From Chrysomallon squamiferum (lineage: Eukaryota > Animalia > Mollusca), in assembly GCA_012295275.1 (NCBI GenBank), contig CM022672.1, positions 28,830,001 through 28,894,000 of the forward strand: 64,000 nucleotides of DNA, given 5' to 3'. A program made the position numbers and the translations under genes. Every line of letters starts with the position of its first letter. Within the stretch, counting starts at the first letter, position 1. Below the pieces are notes generated by a model, which saw only the letters and a list, made by a program, of their open reading frames with translations, was not told the origin of the DNA and searched no databases. Positions 1 to 12,619 of the stretch are shown here, piece by piece.

Positions 1-732
1 AAATTACCATTCACAAACAGTAGTAATAGAAAGAAATTAAGTAAAGGCAATCTTTATTAACAAAATAATACTATCTGTACTATCAAACCACAAAATACTA
101 TTGTATTTCAGAGCAATCAAAGTAACAGGAATGGAAAGAAAAGTGATTTTCTGTTTTTTAAAACAAAATTATTCAGTGAAAATGTATGGAAAAATAAATA
201 ATCAAACTGGTTATAGTTTAATCAGATTATTTACTTTATTAACAGGGCAAGGAATAACTGAAAACAAACAGTAAGAAAACAGAAGAAAAAACTAAAAAAA
301 AAAAAAAAAAAAGAAAAAGTAAAATTAATACTGATATATATATATATATATTTTTTTTTTTTTAAACTGTGTTTTCTCCTGTTGATACAAACAGAGATAC
401 ATTTCACTGTTCTGTAGACCAACATGCACTTCTGACTATACATGCCAGCTATCATTCCAATAACAAAAAAGGGTTCCAGAAGATAAGTTCAGTATTAAGG
501 GTGTGGTAATAATGGATGTTAGAATTAACAGCAATGGAATGGTCAGTACAGAAAAACTGTATGGTACTTTTAATTAGTGACAATTTAGATTTTATAAAAA
601 AATTAAATTGAATTAAATTAAATTTAAAAAAAATTCTATATGTTATTATTTAGATTCTGTTGGTTTTGATATTTATTATTATTATTTTTTCAATCAAGAG
701 ACATTTAAAGAAAGTTCATCTAATGATTGATA

Positions 733-1213
733 TTTCCTTTTCCAGTTATTTGTTTTCAAAGAATGTTGATATGTTTGTTTCAAATGTAATAAGTTCTGAT
801 TTTAACACAGTAAATCTGAGCTGATACTTAATTATTGTTGTGTAATCATACTAGCAATTAGACACAACTGAAATGGGACATCTCTGGTATTAATGAAAAA
901 TAAATATTTGAATATCTGAATAAGTTTAAATATATTATCAATTCATTTTTTTATTTTTTTTTATTTTTAAACACTTTGGATTATCTATAAAGAAAAACTA
1001 CAGAGAACTTGTATCACAAAAACATTTGTTATTAATTTATTTTTATGCAGATCTCTACATTCATGACAAATTAATAATAATAATCTGTGTTCACATTCAT
1101 GACGGATTCTTTGTTACCTCAGTCCAACTAAACAAATCATACCATAACATCCCACTGTCACAGCAGTGCACAATAAATTTCTGTGAAAACATGCAACAGT
1201 ATTTTCTTAGAAT
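733..1213. repeat. ~480-bp direct repeat, copy 1 (pairs with ~2055-2533)
   Basis: From 'cagttatttgttttcaaagaatgttgatatg' to 'catgcaacagtattttcttagaa' the sequence recurs almost verbatim at 2055-2533. Confidence 0.9.
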
Positions 1214-1660
1214 GTGATTTACAAATTTTTACCTCATTTAACTGAAACAAAAAACACATACATCTGCAATGAATAATTCTTCCAGTTTACTTTATTACTA
1301 TTATTCTGTGTACAACAGAACATAATTATGTATGATATGGACTTTCCATCTCTCTTCAGGAAAAAACACACAACAAAATAAATATTTAATCAAATTTAAA
1401 AAAAAAAAAGGATAAAACAAAAATATTAATAAAAAAAGTAATAAAATAAAAATGATAATGATAATGAATTCTTTTCTTGTTCTTCTTGTTTTTTTATTTT
1501 TTTCACTATTTCTTATTATCTTCAAAACTTCTCACAATAATTCATCAAATGTGCCTATGTGTACACCAGTCCAAAAACATATAAACAGTAAGATTTCCCA
1601 AATTTACTGTAATTTTGCACACAAAAAAGTATGTAACTGTGGATATCAGTAAACATTTGC

Positions 1661-2020
1661 TCATGGATGATGATGGTGTTTCCTCTGATGGTATCTCAGT
1701 CCATAATAGGATGAATACTTCTTGTCACACAGCTTGCACTTGAGAATCCCTGCATGTCCCATCAGATGATAGTCCAGATGACTCTTGTCAGAAAACTTGC
1801 TAGTACACAAATGGCAGTGGAGATAATTTCCAGAGTGAACTCGCATGTGTCGTTCTAAATTTGTAGTTTTTATTGTCTGATAGCAACATAAACCACACTT
1901 GTGGATCAACCGCGAGCCCTTTTCTTTGGGGTGTTTCACAAACTCATTATTATCTCCCCAACTGTTCAAAGAATATCCTTCCCTTCCCAATGAACGAATC
2001 ATGGATTCAGTTCTGTAAGT
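1661..2020 (-). CDS. Gene A alternative terminal exon A-V5: three C2H2 zinc fingers
   Basis: Minus-strand acceptor tttttatcttctgcag|ACT TAC AGA, phase 0; 360 nt open to TGA; fingers CGLC..HMRVH, CHLC..HLMGH, CKLC..HQRKH. Confidence 0.85.
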   Translation of the reverse strand, partial: TYRTESMIRSLGREGYSLNSWGDNNEFVKHPKEKGSRLIHKCGLCCYQTIKTTNLERHMRVHSGNYLHCHLCTSKFSDKSHLDYHLMGHAGILKCKLCDKKYSSYYGLRYHQRKHHHHP

Positions 2021-2054
2021 CTGCAGAAGATAAAAATAAAAATGGATATTTGTT

Positions 2055-2533
2055 TTTCCTTTTTCAGTTATTTGTTTTCAAAGAATGTTGATATGTTTGT
2101 TTCAAATGTAATAAGTTCTGATTTTAACACAGTAAATCTGAGCTGATACTTAATTATTGTTGTGTAACCATACTAGCAGTAAGACACAACTGAAATGGGA
2201 CATCTCTAGTATTAATGAAAAATAAATATTTGAATAAGAACAGTTTAAATATATTATCAATTCATTCTTTTTTTATTTATTTATTATTATTATTTTTTAA
2301 GCACTTTGGATTATCTATAAAGTAAAATGACAGAGAACTTGTATCACAAAAACATTTGTTATTAATTTATTTTTATGCAGATCTCTACATTCATGACAAT
2401 AATCTGTGTTCACATTCATGATGGATTCTTTGTTACTTCAGTACAACTAAACAAATAATACCATAACATCCCACTGTCACAGCAGTGCACAATAAATTTC
2501 TGTGAAAACATGCAACAGTATTTTCTTAGAACG
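2055..2533. repeat. ~480-bp direct repeat, copy 2
   Basis: Near-identical to 733-1213; lies between exons A-V4 and A-V5. Confidence 0.9.
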
Positions 2534-2602
2534 TCACCAGTATCCACAATTATTACTTTACGAAGGAAAAAAATATTTTTTTCAAATTGGACATGTCAAA
2601 GA

Positions 2603-2920
2603 TTAATGCTTGTGGTCAAATTTCTTATGACGACGTAGACCTGTATAGGATGTGTATTTTTTCCCACATACAGGACACATGAGCATTCCAGCATGACCTT
2701 TCAAGTGATAGTGCAGAGAAGTTTGACTGTTAAATCGTGAAGGACACATATGACACTTGAGATAATTTCCAGAATGTGTGATCCTGTGTTTATCAAGACT
2801 TGTTGTGTAGAAAGTCTCGTAACTGCATTTGTCACATTTGTGCAATGTCTTCCTCTTTACTTTCTTCCTTTTGTCATCACTTGCTGGACCGTTATTATCA
2901 ATCCAAAACTTTGTGGACGT
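2603..2920 (-). CDS. Gene A alternative terminal exon A-V4: three C2H2 zinc fingers
   Basis: Acceptor ctgctttattccacag|ACG TCC, phase 0; 318 nt to TAA; CDKC..HRITH, CHMC..HLKGH, CPVC..HKKFDH. Confidence 0.85.
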   Translation of the reverse strand, partial: TSTKFWIDNNGPASDDKRKKVKRKTLHKCDKCSYETFYTTSLDKHRITHSGNYLKCHMCPSRFNSQTSLHYHLKGHAGMLMCPVCGKKYTSYTGLRRHKKFDHKH

Positions 2921-3650
2921 CTGTGGAATAAAGCAGAACATGAACCTGTAAATTAACAACTGTACCAAACAATACAACACATTATTTTAATAATGTTTCA
3001 AAAGAATCCATTCTCTACCATCAAATCTCTAATATGAATAAGATGGAAACAGAGCAGACATGATACAACTTTCACTGACTGTGCAAAATCCTGCAGTCTA
3101 ATCTTAACAGTCACTACAACGACATGTACATACACAGCTTGGAAATACAATTCAGCAAGTTTTTCACTTCATATTACATCACATATTCACATTATTTTAC
3201 ATACAACTGAAATAATTTTGAATGAAAATAACAACAACAATAATAATAGTAGTGGTAGAAAAAGAAGAAAACAAATCTTTTGTAATTATTTCCAAGACCT
3301 GTTTGAAATCTATGTTAACACAAGTGTTAAAATTTATGCATTATAAATTTCTTTATTTTAAAATGTACTCACATATATCAAAGATAAAATATAAATTCAA
3401 ATAATAATAATAAATAAATTCAAAAAATGAAAAAAAGAGATTAAAACAGAAGTTTTTAAAACATAAAACTTTTAACTTTCTTGCATTTCTGCACTTCTGA
3501 TATTTAACATTTTTTCTTCTTCTTTTGAACTTTTCTTATTTCTGAATCTAAGGAATTATTTCATGCAGTATTGCAATGATTATAATAAATAACAACCGTG
3601 GATAGATTTAGATTGTCACCTAAAAGATTACAAATTAATACTGTTATTAA

Positions 3651-3977
3651 TTAATGATGTGTTTTTTTATGGTACTGTAAACCAGCAATTGAAGTGTATT
3701 TCCTGCCACACACATTACACATCAACATTCCTGCATGTCCTTTCAGATGGTATACCAAGTGACTTTGATCAGAAAAACGTCTTGGACACAGGTGACACTG
3801 CAAATAATTTCCTGAATGTATTCGTTTATGACGTATGAAATTTGTTCTGTAATTGGTCCGATAGGAACACTGATCACAATTAAACACAACACCAACAATG
3901 CCAGAGCTAAGCATTTCACTGTGAACTGATGTATCCATGTGTCTGTATGTTTGCATGTCCGGCTGCAGTGATGAAGT
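3651..3977 (-). CDS. Gene A alternative terminal exon A-V3: three C2H2 zinc fingers
   Basis: Acceptor ttcttgtcttctgcag|ACT TCA, phase 0; 327 nt to TAA; CDQC..HKRIH, CHLC..HLKGH, CNVC..HKKTH. Confidence 0.85.
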   Translation of the reverse strand, partial: TSSLQPDMQTYRHMDTSVHSEMLSSGIVGVVFNCDQCSYRTNYRTNFIRHKRIHSGNYLQCHLCPRRFSDQSHLVYHLKGHAGMLMCNVCGRKYTSIAGLQYHKKTHH

Positions 3978-4498
3978 CTGCAGAAGACAAGAATGAGCTG
4001 TATGAGTAAATTTCAAATGTTAAGAAGAAAGATCATGTGCTGCCTGTCTGCTTAACTTTCTTAACCTTTAGCTACTAATAAATATTATTTCTGCATAAAT
4101 AACAAAAATACATGTTTCATATATGAATTCCTGAAAAATAATATTCAAAAATAATTAATAAATTGATTACAGTAGTTTAGAATTACTTAAAATTCATATT
4201 TATATAAGACATTCTAATTTGAAAAACACATAAAATATTTTTATATGAACTATATTTTGTTAGCAGAGAATATCAATGTAAAGGGTTTTCTGATGGAAAG
4301 TACAATGACAGCAAGACCAGCAAACTAATATAACCAGTAAGTTAAATTGCCTTTTCTGTTAGTTTTATATTCCATAGAAACATTTAGTGTAAATTTAATC
4401 TAACAGGATGTTTACATGAATATGTAATCTAAGTTTTTGTTTATAGTATTGCTATTTCAGTTACTTCTCAATGAACTGTTGGTGTCTGCACAACTTAC

Positions 4499-4732
4499 AA
4501 GTCATCACAACAAACAATAATACCATCCTTTTTTGTCACATTATGACTGAATTCTAAAAGTCATCACAACAAACAATAATACCATTCTTTTTGTCACATT
4601 ATGACTGAATTCTAAAAGTCATCACAACAAACAATAATACCTTTCTTTTTGTCACATTATGACTGAATTCTAAGTCATCACAACAAACAATAATACCGTT
4701 CTTTTTGTCCATTATGACTGAATTCTAAAAGT
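4499..4732. repeat. Minisatellite, ~4 copies of a 56-59 bp unit
   Basis: gtcatcacaacaaacaataatacc(n)ttttgtcacattatgactgaattctaaaa repeated head-to-tail four times. Confidence 0.9.
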
Positions 4733-5104
4733 GGGACGAACATTTTGTGATGTTAGCTGTCTTCACAAAGAACAAATGTTCATTAAATTCAAAACATTTA
4801 TTCAGTAACAACAAAGCTTTTGGTTTTATGCTTTACACGCAAAGAAATACACAAATTAACAAATTATATAAAGACAAAAATGAATTTCACTTTAATGAAA
4901 TTATACAAATATTTTTTTATCAGAGTTATAATTGACAACAATTTCCAAACAATGATTATAAATTAATATCAGCTTTAATTTAAAAGTCATTCCTAAATTC
5001 TGAGATATGCATATAAACTGATATAACAACAAAGACACAGGTTTCAAGTACTGTTTATATTCAAAAGTATTAAACTTAAATATTTCTAATGTTTCACAAT
5101 TTCA

Positions 5105-5530
5105 TTAGGATGACTCCTTCCTCCTGTGTGCATACTGACATGTTCGTTCATGTACATATTGACCATTTTGAGTTTTAAAGGGTTTAAAACAGAATCTACA
5201 GAGCAGCTCCCCTCTGTGAGCTTTTATATGATATCTTAACTTTCCTTTATCTGTGAAATGTCTGGGGCACAGATGACAGTGGAAGTAGTCACCAGTGTGA
5301 GTACGCTGATGCCTCTTGAAGTTGTAAGGGTGTGTTGTCTGATAGTTACAAACTGAGCATGTCATAACTTTGCCAGACATGGACCTGTATTTGCAGTAAT
5401 TTCTTAATGTGTTGGAATATTCCTGGAAATCACCTCGGTCCACATTATGTGACGATGGATAACTGGATTTGCACCAAGCATCTAAGGTAAGAGAGCCACT
5501 CTGAGATTCATCTTGTTTTATGTCAGAATC
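5105..5530 (-). CDS. Gene A alternative terminal exon A-V2: three zinc fingers (C2H2, C2H2, C2HC; 'GEL' subtype)
   Basis: Acceptor ttcattgttttctgcag|GAT TCT GAC, phase 0; 426 nt open to TAA (DSDIKQDESQ...CSVC..HQRTH, CHLC..HIKAH, CRFC..HERTC). Confidence 0.85.
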   Translation of the reverse strand, partial: DSDIKQDESQSGSLTLDAWCKSSYPSSHNVDRGDFQEYSNTLRNYCKYRSMSGKVMTCSVCNYQTTHPYNFKRHQRTHTGDYFHCHLCPRHFTDKGKLRYHIKAHRGELLCRFCFKPFKTQNGQYVHERTCQYAHRRKESS

Positions 5531-7947
5531 CTGCAGAAAACAATGAAAATATTGGTTTCCATTTTTTCTGTCTTATTCTTTCAAAAAAAAAAAAAAAGAA
5601 AGATTAAAGAAAAGAGAAAGAGAGAAAGCAAATACAGACTAACACCTCGGAACAAAATCCCTTAAAATAATCATATTTTGATTGTGTATTTATATAATGT
5701 ATACTGCAGATAAAAAAACATGTATTTATAATATTAATGTGAAAAAGGCTTGTCATTTATTTGCTTTTAGTCTATGTTGCAATTATTAAAAGAGAATCAA
5801 GATCAAAACTTTATATATTTAAAAAATACAACTAGATTGCTGCTCACTGCAGGCAAAACTGACCAGAAAACTGTATGTCACAAATTATTACAACAAAGAA
5901 AGAAAACATTGCAATGTATTTTTAAAACAACTGAAGAACAATTGATCTTAGTCAACAGATTAATTACTGTCTAATAGAGAAGCAGTCTGCCAGCCTTGGC
6001 AATAGCTGGTATGACCCACCATGCACGAACAGTTTTAAAATGTTAATTCTCAGGTAGACTTTTCTTTGTTTTTATGGTTCCTAAATGACTGCTACAAATA
6101 TATGTTTTTAATTAATATGACCAGAAAAACACCAAAGATTGAAAAAGTTACGTTACTTAAAGAGTTTGTGGCTTAGTTAATCTTATGAGGAGGTCTAAAC
6201 CTCAGGTTTAACTCAAAAGTTCAGATATCTGCTGTAACAAGTGGTAATTCAGTCTGCTCATAGCCACTTACATTTATTTATATGTTAATTTCATGATTTA
6301 CAGTATACAGATAATGAAACAAAATTTATAACAAATACAATATATTACACTGTACAGCTCATATTAAGTGAAAATACTGGTATTAAACGTGCAGTGTGTT
6401 AGTCACTCTATTCTTTTTATATCTATAGTCACTGGTAATTATCTCTATGCTTCAGGTATCAGTAGATTTATATCAGCTGAGTAGTGCTCACTAAAAATTT
6501 GTAATTTACTTTGCTAAAGAACCATTTTGAGACTTATTGGCTTTTACTTTCAAAATGTGTCAGTAACAATGACTGATTAACTTAGATAATCCATAGTTTT
6601 ATTATTTCATTACATTTCACTGCTGAACAATGTTTTATCTGAAACTAAAAGTACAGATATATGTAGTTGTGTGTTGCTTTCTTTCTTTCTTTTCATTTCT
6701 TTTTTTCTGTAACAGCCAACTTACAAAAGTAGACAAAAAAATATATAATTTTAAATCTTTGAAAAATCTGAAAGAGGAGTTGTGAACAGACCCACTTTAA
6801 TCTAAAGTAGGAAGTAGGCAAAACTGAACAGAAAAAATAGAATTCCGTAGTCTACCAAAATCAACATTTAATTAATTTTGATCTACTTTTTAAGAAAAAA
6901 AGAGTATGAAATTTGTACAGCCACTATAAAAGTAGTCTTGTTACCTGATAAGCATTTTCTTGCCAGCTACCCAGACATAAAGGTTAGCATGTCTGATCAG
7001 TTTGAATCTCATGCCTGTGTCAATAAATCATTCAAATTTATTTCTACTTTATTTTATTTTTATTTTTTTTTATAAGCAGAATTTCACTGTATCCATATTA
7101 TGTGCAACAAACCATTGGCTGGGTTTTCCAAAATTTGAAATGTTACAGAGAATATTTGTGATGCCCAACTTGACCTACAGTTCAAGTATTATTCAAATAC
7201 TATAAAAATAAAAAAAATAATTTAAAACAAACAACCAAAAAAACATTTGTATGAGGAAGTCTTATTCCTGCATTTTTATAATATAGCTGCTTGTTTCCGG
7301 TAATTATTTTACAATAAAAAAAAATTCACCAATCAGTACTGTAATAATTTTCTAATTATTTTAACTAAAACTATATACAATTAGAAGATAATATTACGGT
7401 TAGGATAAATGTACAGATAGGCAGTCATATCAGTGATGTGAGACCAGAAAATTGATATCCAATGCAGACAATATTCCTAAATACCTATAACATTAATAAT
7501 CAAATCTTATTTTTATTATGTAAGTTGTATATTTTCACCAAACATTTAATTTCATTTTAATATGTCTCTAAAATGAATAATACACTCTCCATAATTACCG
7601 AAGAGAAAAGAAAATGTTTAATAATATTAATATATAAGACAGACTTAAGAAATATCGCACAAATAAAACATTAACACACCATTGATAAATTAAAGATAGT
7701 TATCAGTCAAAAAATAAATGCCTTTCCGACAACCTTCTTACAAACTAGATACTTATAACCCTGAAAATACTAACAAAGATTTCAAAATTAATTAAGAAAT
7801 TTATGTTAATGTAAAGAACTATTGTCACAAATTGACAGGCATTGTATGACTGGTGTATTTTAAAAATACTGATTTTTTTATTTATCTTTATTCAAATTTT
7901 AGACCAACAAAATAAGGCCTTATGTAAATAAAATACAGTTGGTTTAC

Positions 7948-8151
7948 CTACAATAGGTTGACGGAGGGTTTGTGACAATGCTTGCCCTTCATGAACAAAA
8001 GTTTGTCTCGCTGAATTATCCGACCCTTGCACTTCAATGCAGAATATTCATGACATTTCCAGTAGATAGTGGTGCCCAGTTTTGTGGGCATTACCTTGTC
8101 CCTTACATAACCAAATCCATCGAAAACCAGTTTCATAGTCTTTCTGTCAGT
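7948..8151 (-). CDS. Gene A alternative terminal exon A-V1: FLYWCH-type zinc finger
   Basis: Acceptor ttatttattttcgcag|ACT GAC AGA, phase 0; 204 nt; LVFDGFGY..IYWKC..(x6)CKGR..KHCH fits the FLYWCH pattern. Confidence 0.8.
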   Translation of the reverse strand, partial: TDRKTMKLVFDGFGYVRDKVMPTKLGTTIYWKCHEYSALKCKGRIIQRDKLLFMKGKHCHKPSVNLL

Positions 8152-9834
8152 CTGCGAAAATAAATAAGTTATAAAGAAAAAAGATTCACACAGTTTTGAA
8201 TAAACAAACTTTATTGACATTTATTACAATAATTTATACAAAATTAGTTTTCATCACAACTTCCAGATAAATAACAAAAACCAGTATTTTCCACCATTTT
8301 TATTAAAATTCTGTTTACAAAATTGGACATCCAATTAAGAATCAAGATCCATTTCTGATGTTAAAATCAGATTTAAATTCCAATTACTTATGATCAGCTG
8401 ACAACACCTTTGCAATTTTTTCAATCTTTACTAAATAAATTCTGATGTAACCTCAGATGCAAACTCTTGGATTTCAGGATGTATTTAAATCTGAATCACA
8501 TTAAGTGTATATATATATATATATATATAAAATTAATTTTAAGGCTTTCCTAATGTATGTGAAAGATACACTTCATGAATTGCATTAAGAATATGAACTT
8601 AAGAAAGCTTAGAAATCATTAAATTTCATGCAACTATTTGTATTAACCATAAATGAAATGAAGTTCAAGAATACAATTTCCATGACTAGTTTTATTATAA
8701 ATTTTGGATTGGAATGTCATGCTTATTTGCACATCTTTTCAGTTTCTCTGATTCTCTTTTTGGCACAACTAAGTTTTTTTTAAAATTATTTGTCTTTTGG
8801 TACTCTAGAAAATAATAATCATAAATAACACTGATAAAAATATCTGATTAACAAAACACCAGATATTGAATGCTGTTCTAAGTTCATTTAAAAGCAGTAC
8901 AAATCAGGTGCCAAGTGAGCTGTTGTTTGTAAGATACTTCAGAATTGAATAGGTACAAGTATAATACGTTCCTGCTGTTGGAATAATCATTAGCATCATT
9001 AATGGGTTTTTTAAATCTTTTCTATACTTGAAATAAGTTCAAATGTAAATGCTTACCTGTTATAAACTGAAAAGAGTTTTACTTAAATCTAAGTTGATTA
9101 GATAAACAAGCCTGACCCTTTCCAACAATTCAAGCCTTTTTTTGGACACTAGTCTCATAATTACTGTATTTAATTCACAGCATATGTAATATGCACATAT
9201 CAAGTAATTATCAAATTATTATAATTCTGAAAAGAAATCCCGTATCAATCAGTTTTACAAACTCGTTAATATTATTTACCATTTCCAAAAGGAATAACAA
9301 ACAAACAAACAAACAAACAAACAAATCAGTAAAGAATGAAAAATAATACAATCCTAATTTTGAAATTAAGCTGGTATTTTTTCCAATAGGCTGAAATACA
9401 TTTCTGAGGCTTCGAATTTTTGAATGCTAAAGCAATTTATAAATAAATGATAATTACATTGATAAATAAAATATAAAAACACTTTAATCTTTAATCATTC
9501 ATACAATGTTTTGAAACAGAACGTTTAATGAGTATAAAAGTCAGGTAATATATGTATTTCAAAAAATATACATGCAATACAGACAACAGGAAAAAAACAA
9601 GTTAATGTAAAAACTAAATAAAACTTTAATAATATTAGTCTAATAAATATATACTTTAAGTAATCTAACACTTAATATTCAAAAACTTTAGATACTTTAA
9701 AGTATTTTCCACATTAATTATCAGTGGCTGATAAGTCAGTATAAAAATAAATTATTATTATTATTATTATTTTTATCTTGAAGTATCTGAAATTATTTCT
9801 TCCAAACAGTTCAAAACAACTCTCTCACTGGTTA

Positions 9835-9885
9835 TAATGTGTATTCAAGGATGTCTGTTGGTGATCAGTCACATGACATTTACAG
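9835..9885. repeat. Left arm of ~51-bp inverted repeat (pairs with 13888-13941)
   Basis: Reverse complement ctgtaaatgtcatgtgactgatcaccaacagacatccttgaatacacatta matches 13888-13941 with 3 mismatches and one 3-bp indel. Confidence 0.8.
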
Positions 9886-11230
9886 TGGAGTGCAAATACG
9901 TATGCACATATTAACGAGCATAATTAGTATACATGCATGTAAAATTTTGTGCTTGTCAATTTCGTAATCTTTATGATAGGATACATAAACACAGGCTCCA
10001 CCTCAGTGAACATGGTGTACAAAGTGTTGATTTAAGGGTATGTAGAGTGTTGATGTCTTCATGTATTTTGGTGTACATAGTGTTTCTGATCAATATACTG
10101 TACTTAGAGAACATACCACAAAAGTAACTGATTTAACTGACTTGTTTGATGCAATTTACTCAAAGGACTACTATAACTATCTCCTAATGTTTATAAAATG
10201 TTAAATAATGGTCATATTTTTTTCTTTTCTTATCAGGCTTCATAATACACAATGTACCAGTGTTATTATTACATAGAGAAACAAAACACCTTCCACGATA
10301 TTTTGAAGTACATTAAACAGAAGCATCGTATGAAACAACATCTTTGATATGTCACCCTGCAGGACATTTCACAAAGCATTCGCTTCCTCAAAATCAAAGA
10401 AAAAACACTGCAGTCACCTTTAGAGGCTATCCCTGTTAAATGTCATAAAACTGATGCAGAACCCTGTAACTCCACATCAAACACAAATCAATAAAACACA
10501 TGCATACGCTCAGACTGATCAACTACATGTATTTGTTGACAATCAACTCCTATCTGAGGAGGAGGTAGATATTTGAAAACAAATATGTGCACATTTACCC
10601 ACTTTCCTGTCTGAAATTAGCAAGTCAGGACTTTTAAAAGAATGGAACTGCATTATCCAGTTGATAGGTCAGTCTTGTTTTTCCATGAATAATCTTGCAT
10701 ATCTGCTGTTTCTGGAGGTTATTAGGTGGTTTTCCCAAGAGAATACATGTGCAACTACGTACTGCCATAAAGTTAACTATATTTGAAAATTGGCCACTAT
10801 TCTACAACAAGCATCTGACATGGATCTGGAAGATGGAACATTCAGTGCAGCAGCATCTTCAATTGCGGGCTGCTGTCAAGTATTGCTATCAACTACGTGC
10901 AAGTGAATAAGAAAACCTGAAAGAAATCAGGTTTTAAAAAAAAGCATGTTTTGACAAATATCTGGCATGGACTGGAAAAAGTGGAAAATGGCACTGTTTC
11001 TCAGTAGTATTCAGACATCTTTGTACAAACAGGCACCTGCATCAATGATCTTCGACAAGAAATGTGTGCATCAATTTCAGTAACATCATACCTACTTTTG
11101 AATGGTTAAAAACAGACAATGCAGTGAAACAGTTGTTGATCTTGACATGCAAGACAACTTTTTTTGCTTGGTTGGATTTGACGAAAATATGGTTGCACAA
11201 AGCCAATGCCAGTCAAATATCTAGAGCAAG

Positions 11231-11790
11231 TTTATTAAATAGAGGAGTCCACTATGGTTCAAACGTAAAAGTGCCCCTAACAGGCAGCACATTGTACAAG
11301 GTCCTTAGTCTTGAAAATCTTAAATCTCAAGTTACTCAATTTGAGACAAAATTCTTGGGATAAGCAGAGCCAGAATGTTCTGATGAATCTAAAGTTTTTA
11401 TGCAGCATGGGGTAGACAATGATATCAACACTGTAGCTACAACTGTTTCAAAATTATTACCTGCCTTTTATCCAGCTCTTACATTGTTTGAAGATGGATG
11501 CTCCTCTCTTAACATAACGGGAAACCTGTCTGCATTGTAATTGCTGATGGAAGTCTGCACAATGAGAAAGGCAATGATGTCATGGGAATAGAAATTAAAT
11601 ATCATAATCCTCAAAATATTTACACACTATCGGGTATGTACATGGTCCAAAGGTATTATGTACCCCAGCTTCTGTTGGAAATGAAGATTTTAAGAGTAAA
11701 GAAACTTCTTTTTGTAAAATTCACACCAGAAATGTCAACAGTTCTATGAGTATCATTTTCAGAATAACTTTGGCAAAAATATGGTCACAA
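11231..11790 (+). pseudogene. Decayed YqaJ/lambda-exonuclease-like PD-(D/E)XK nuclease, probably transposon-derived
   Basis: Manual translation across stops and frameshifts gives IK*RSPLWFKR..LTGSTLY..MQHGVDND..ADG..IEIKY..RYYVPQLLLEM..LLFV, i.e. the QRSxxW, LTGS, MxHG, (S)PDG, EIK and YYxQ motif order of YqaJ. Confidence 0.7.
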
Positions 11791-12619
11791 TGAAATAAAT
11801 GTATGCAATTACTGAACTCTGTACATCATTCATAAGCATTGTAACAAAGTTGCCTCCCATGAGAATTAATGTTAGATACTAAGCTATTTGGTTTTATACA
11901 TATTACACATGTATTCTATTTATATTTTCCACGAACAAGTATTACATAAGTAACTGACTTATATTTTCCGAGGATTTTACATGCACACTTCAAAGGTTAA
12001 AGTGTATCCTGTAAAATGTTTAACTGAAGCCTGAGAGGATGAAAGTGGACAACTCAGTTATGGATGGACAGCTCTATTCATATATACAAAAATATATATT
12101 CACCCAGAATATATATCATTACACACTGATATACATTCATTTTATTTTACTTTATTTATCCTTTAAACATTTAAGTGATCACCATTTTGATTAATCTGGA
12201 AAAACAGAAAGAAAACTCCAAAGCATTCGTCAATCACACCCGTATCACAGCCAGCTAAAGGAACACTTGTAGTGAAGTCTGAACAACATCATTTTAACAA
12301 ATCAAAGATTCCGTCACATATTAGAGAAGGAATAGATTGTTGTAGATGAGATACTAATAATCACAGTTGGAACATTTATTGTGTTTTAAGACCAACAAAC
12401 ATATATCTCAGACAAGTTAGAAATAGCTCAAAATTAGTTTTTAAAAAAGCTCTACAAGTGGTTTCTTTTAAGTAAAAGGGAAAGACGACTAAATTTTTAC
12501 AAGATAACAACACCATTTCTATATACAAAAAAAATAATATATAATAATAAGAAATAAATAAATGAAACACTATGATCTGAATGACATATTTATTTTGATA
12601 TAGCCTGACATTTATTTTT

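Noticed and set aside
4499-4732. CRISPR array
   Set aside because: Units repeat head-to-tail with no unique spacers, no cas genes, and the context is eukaryotic.
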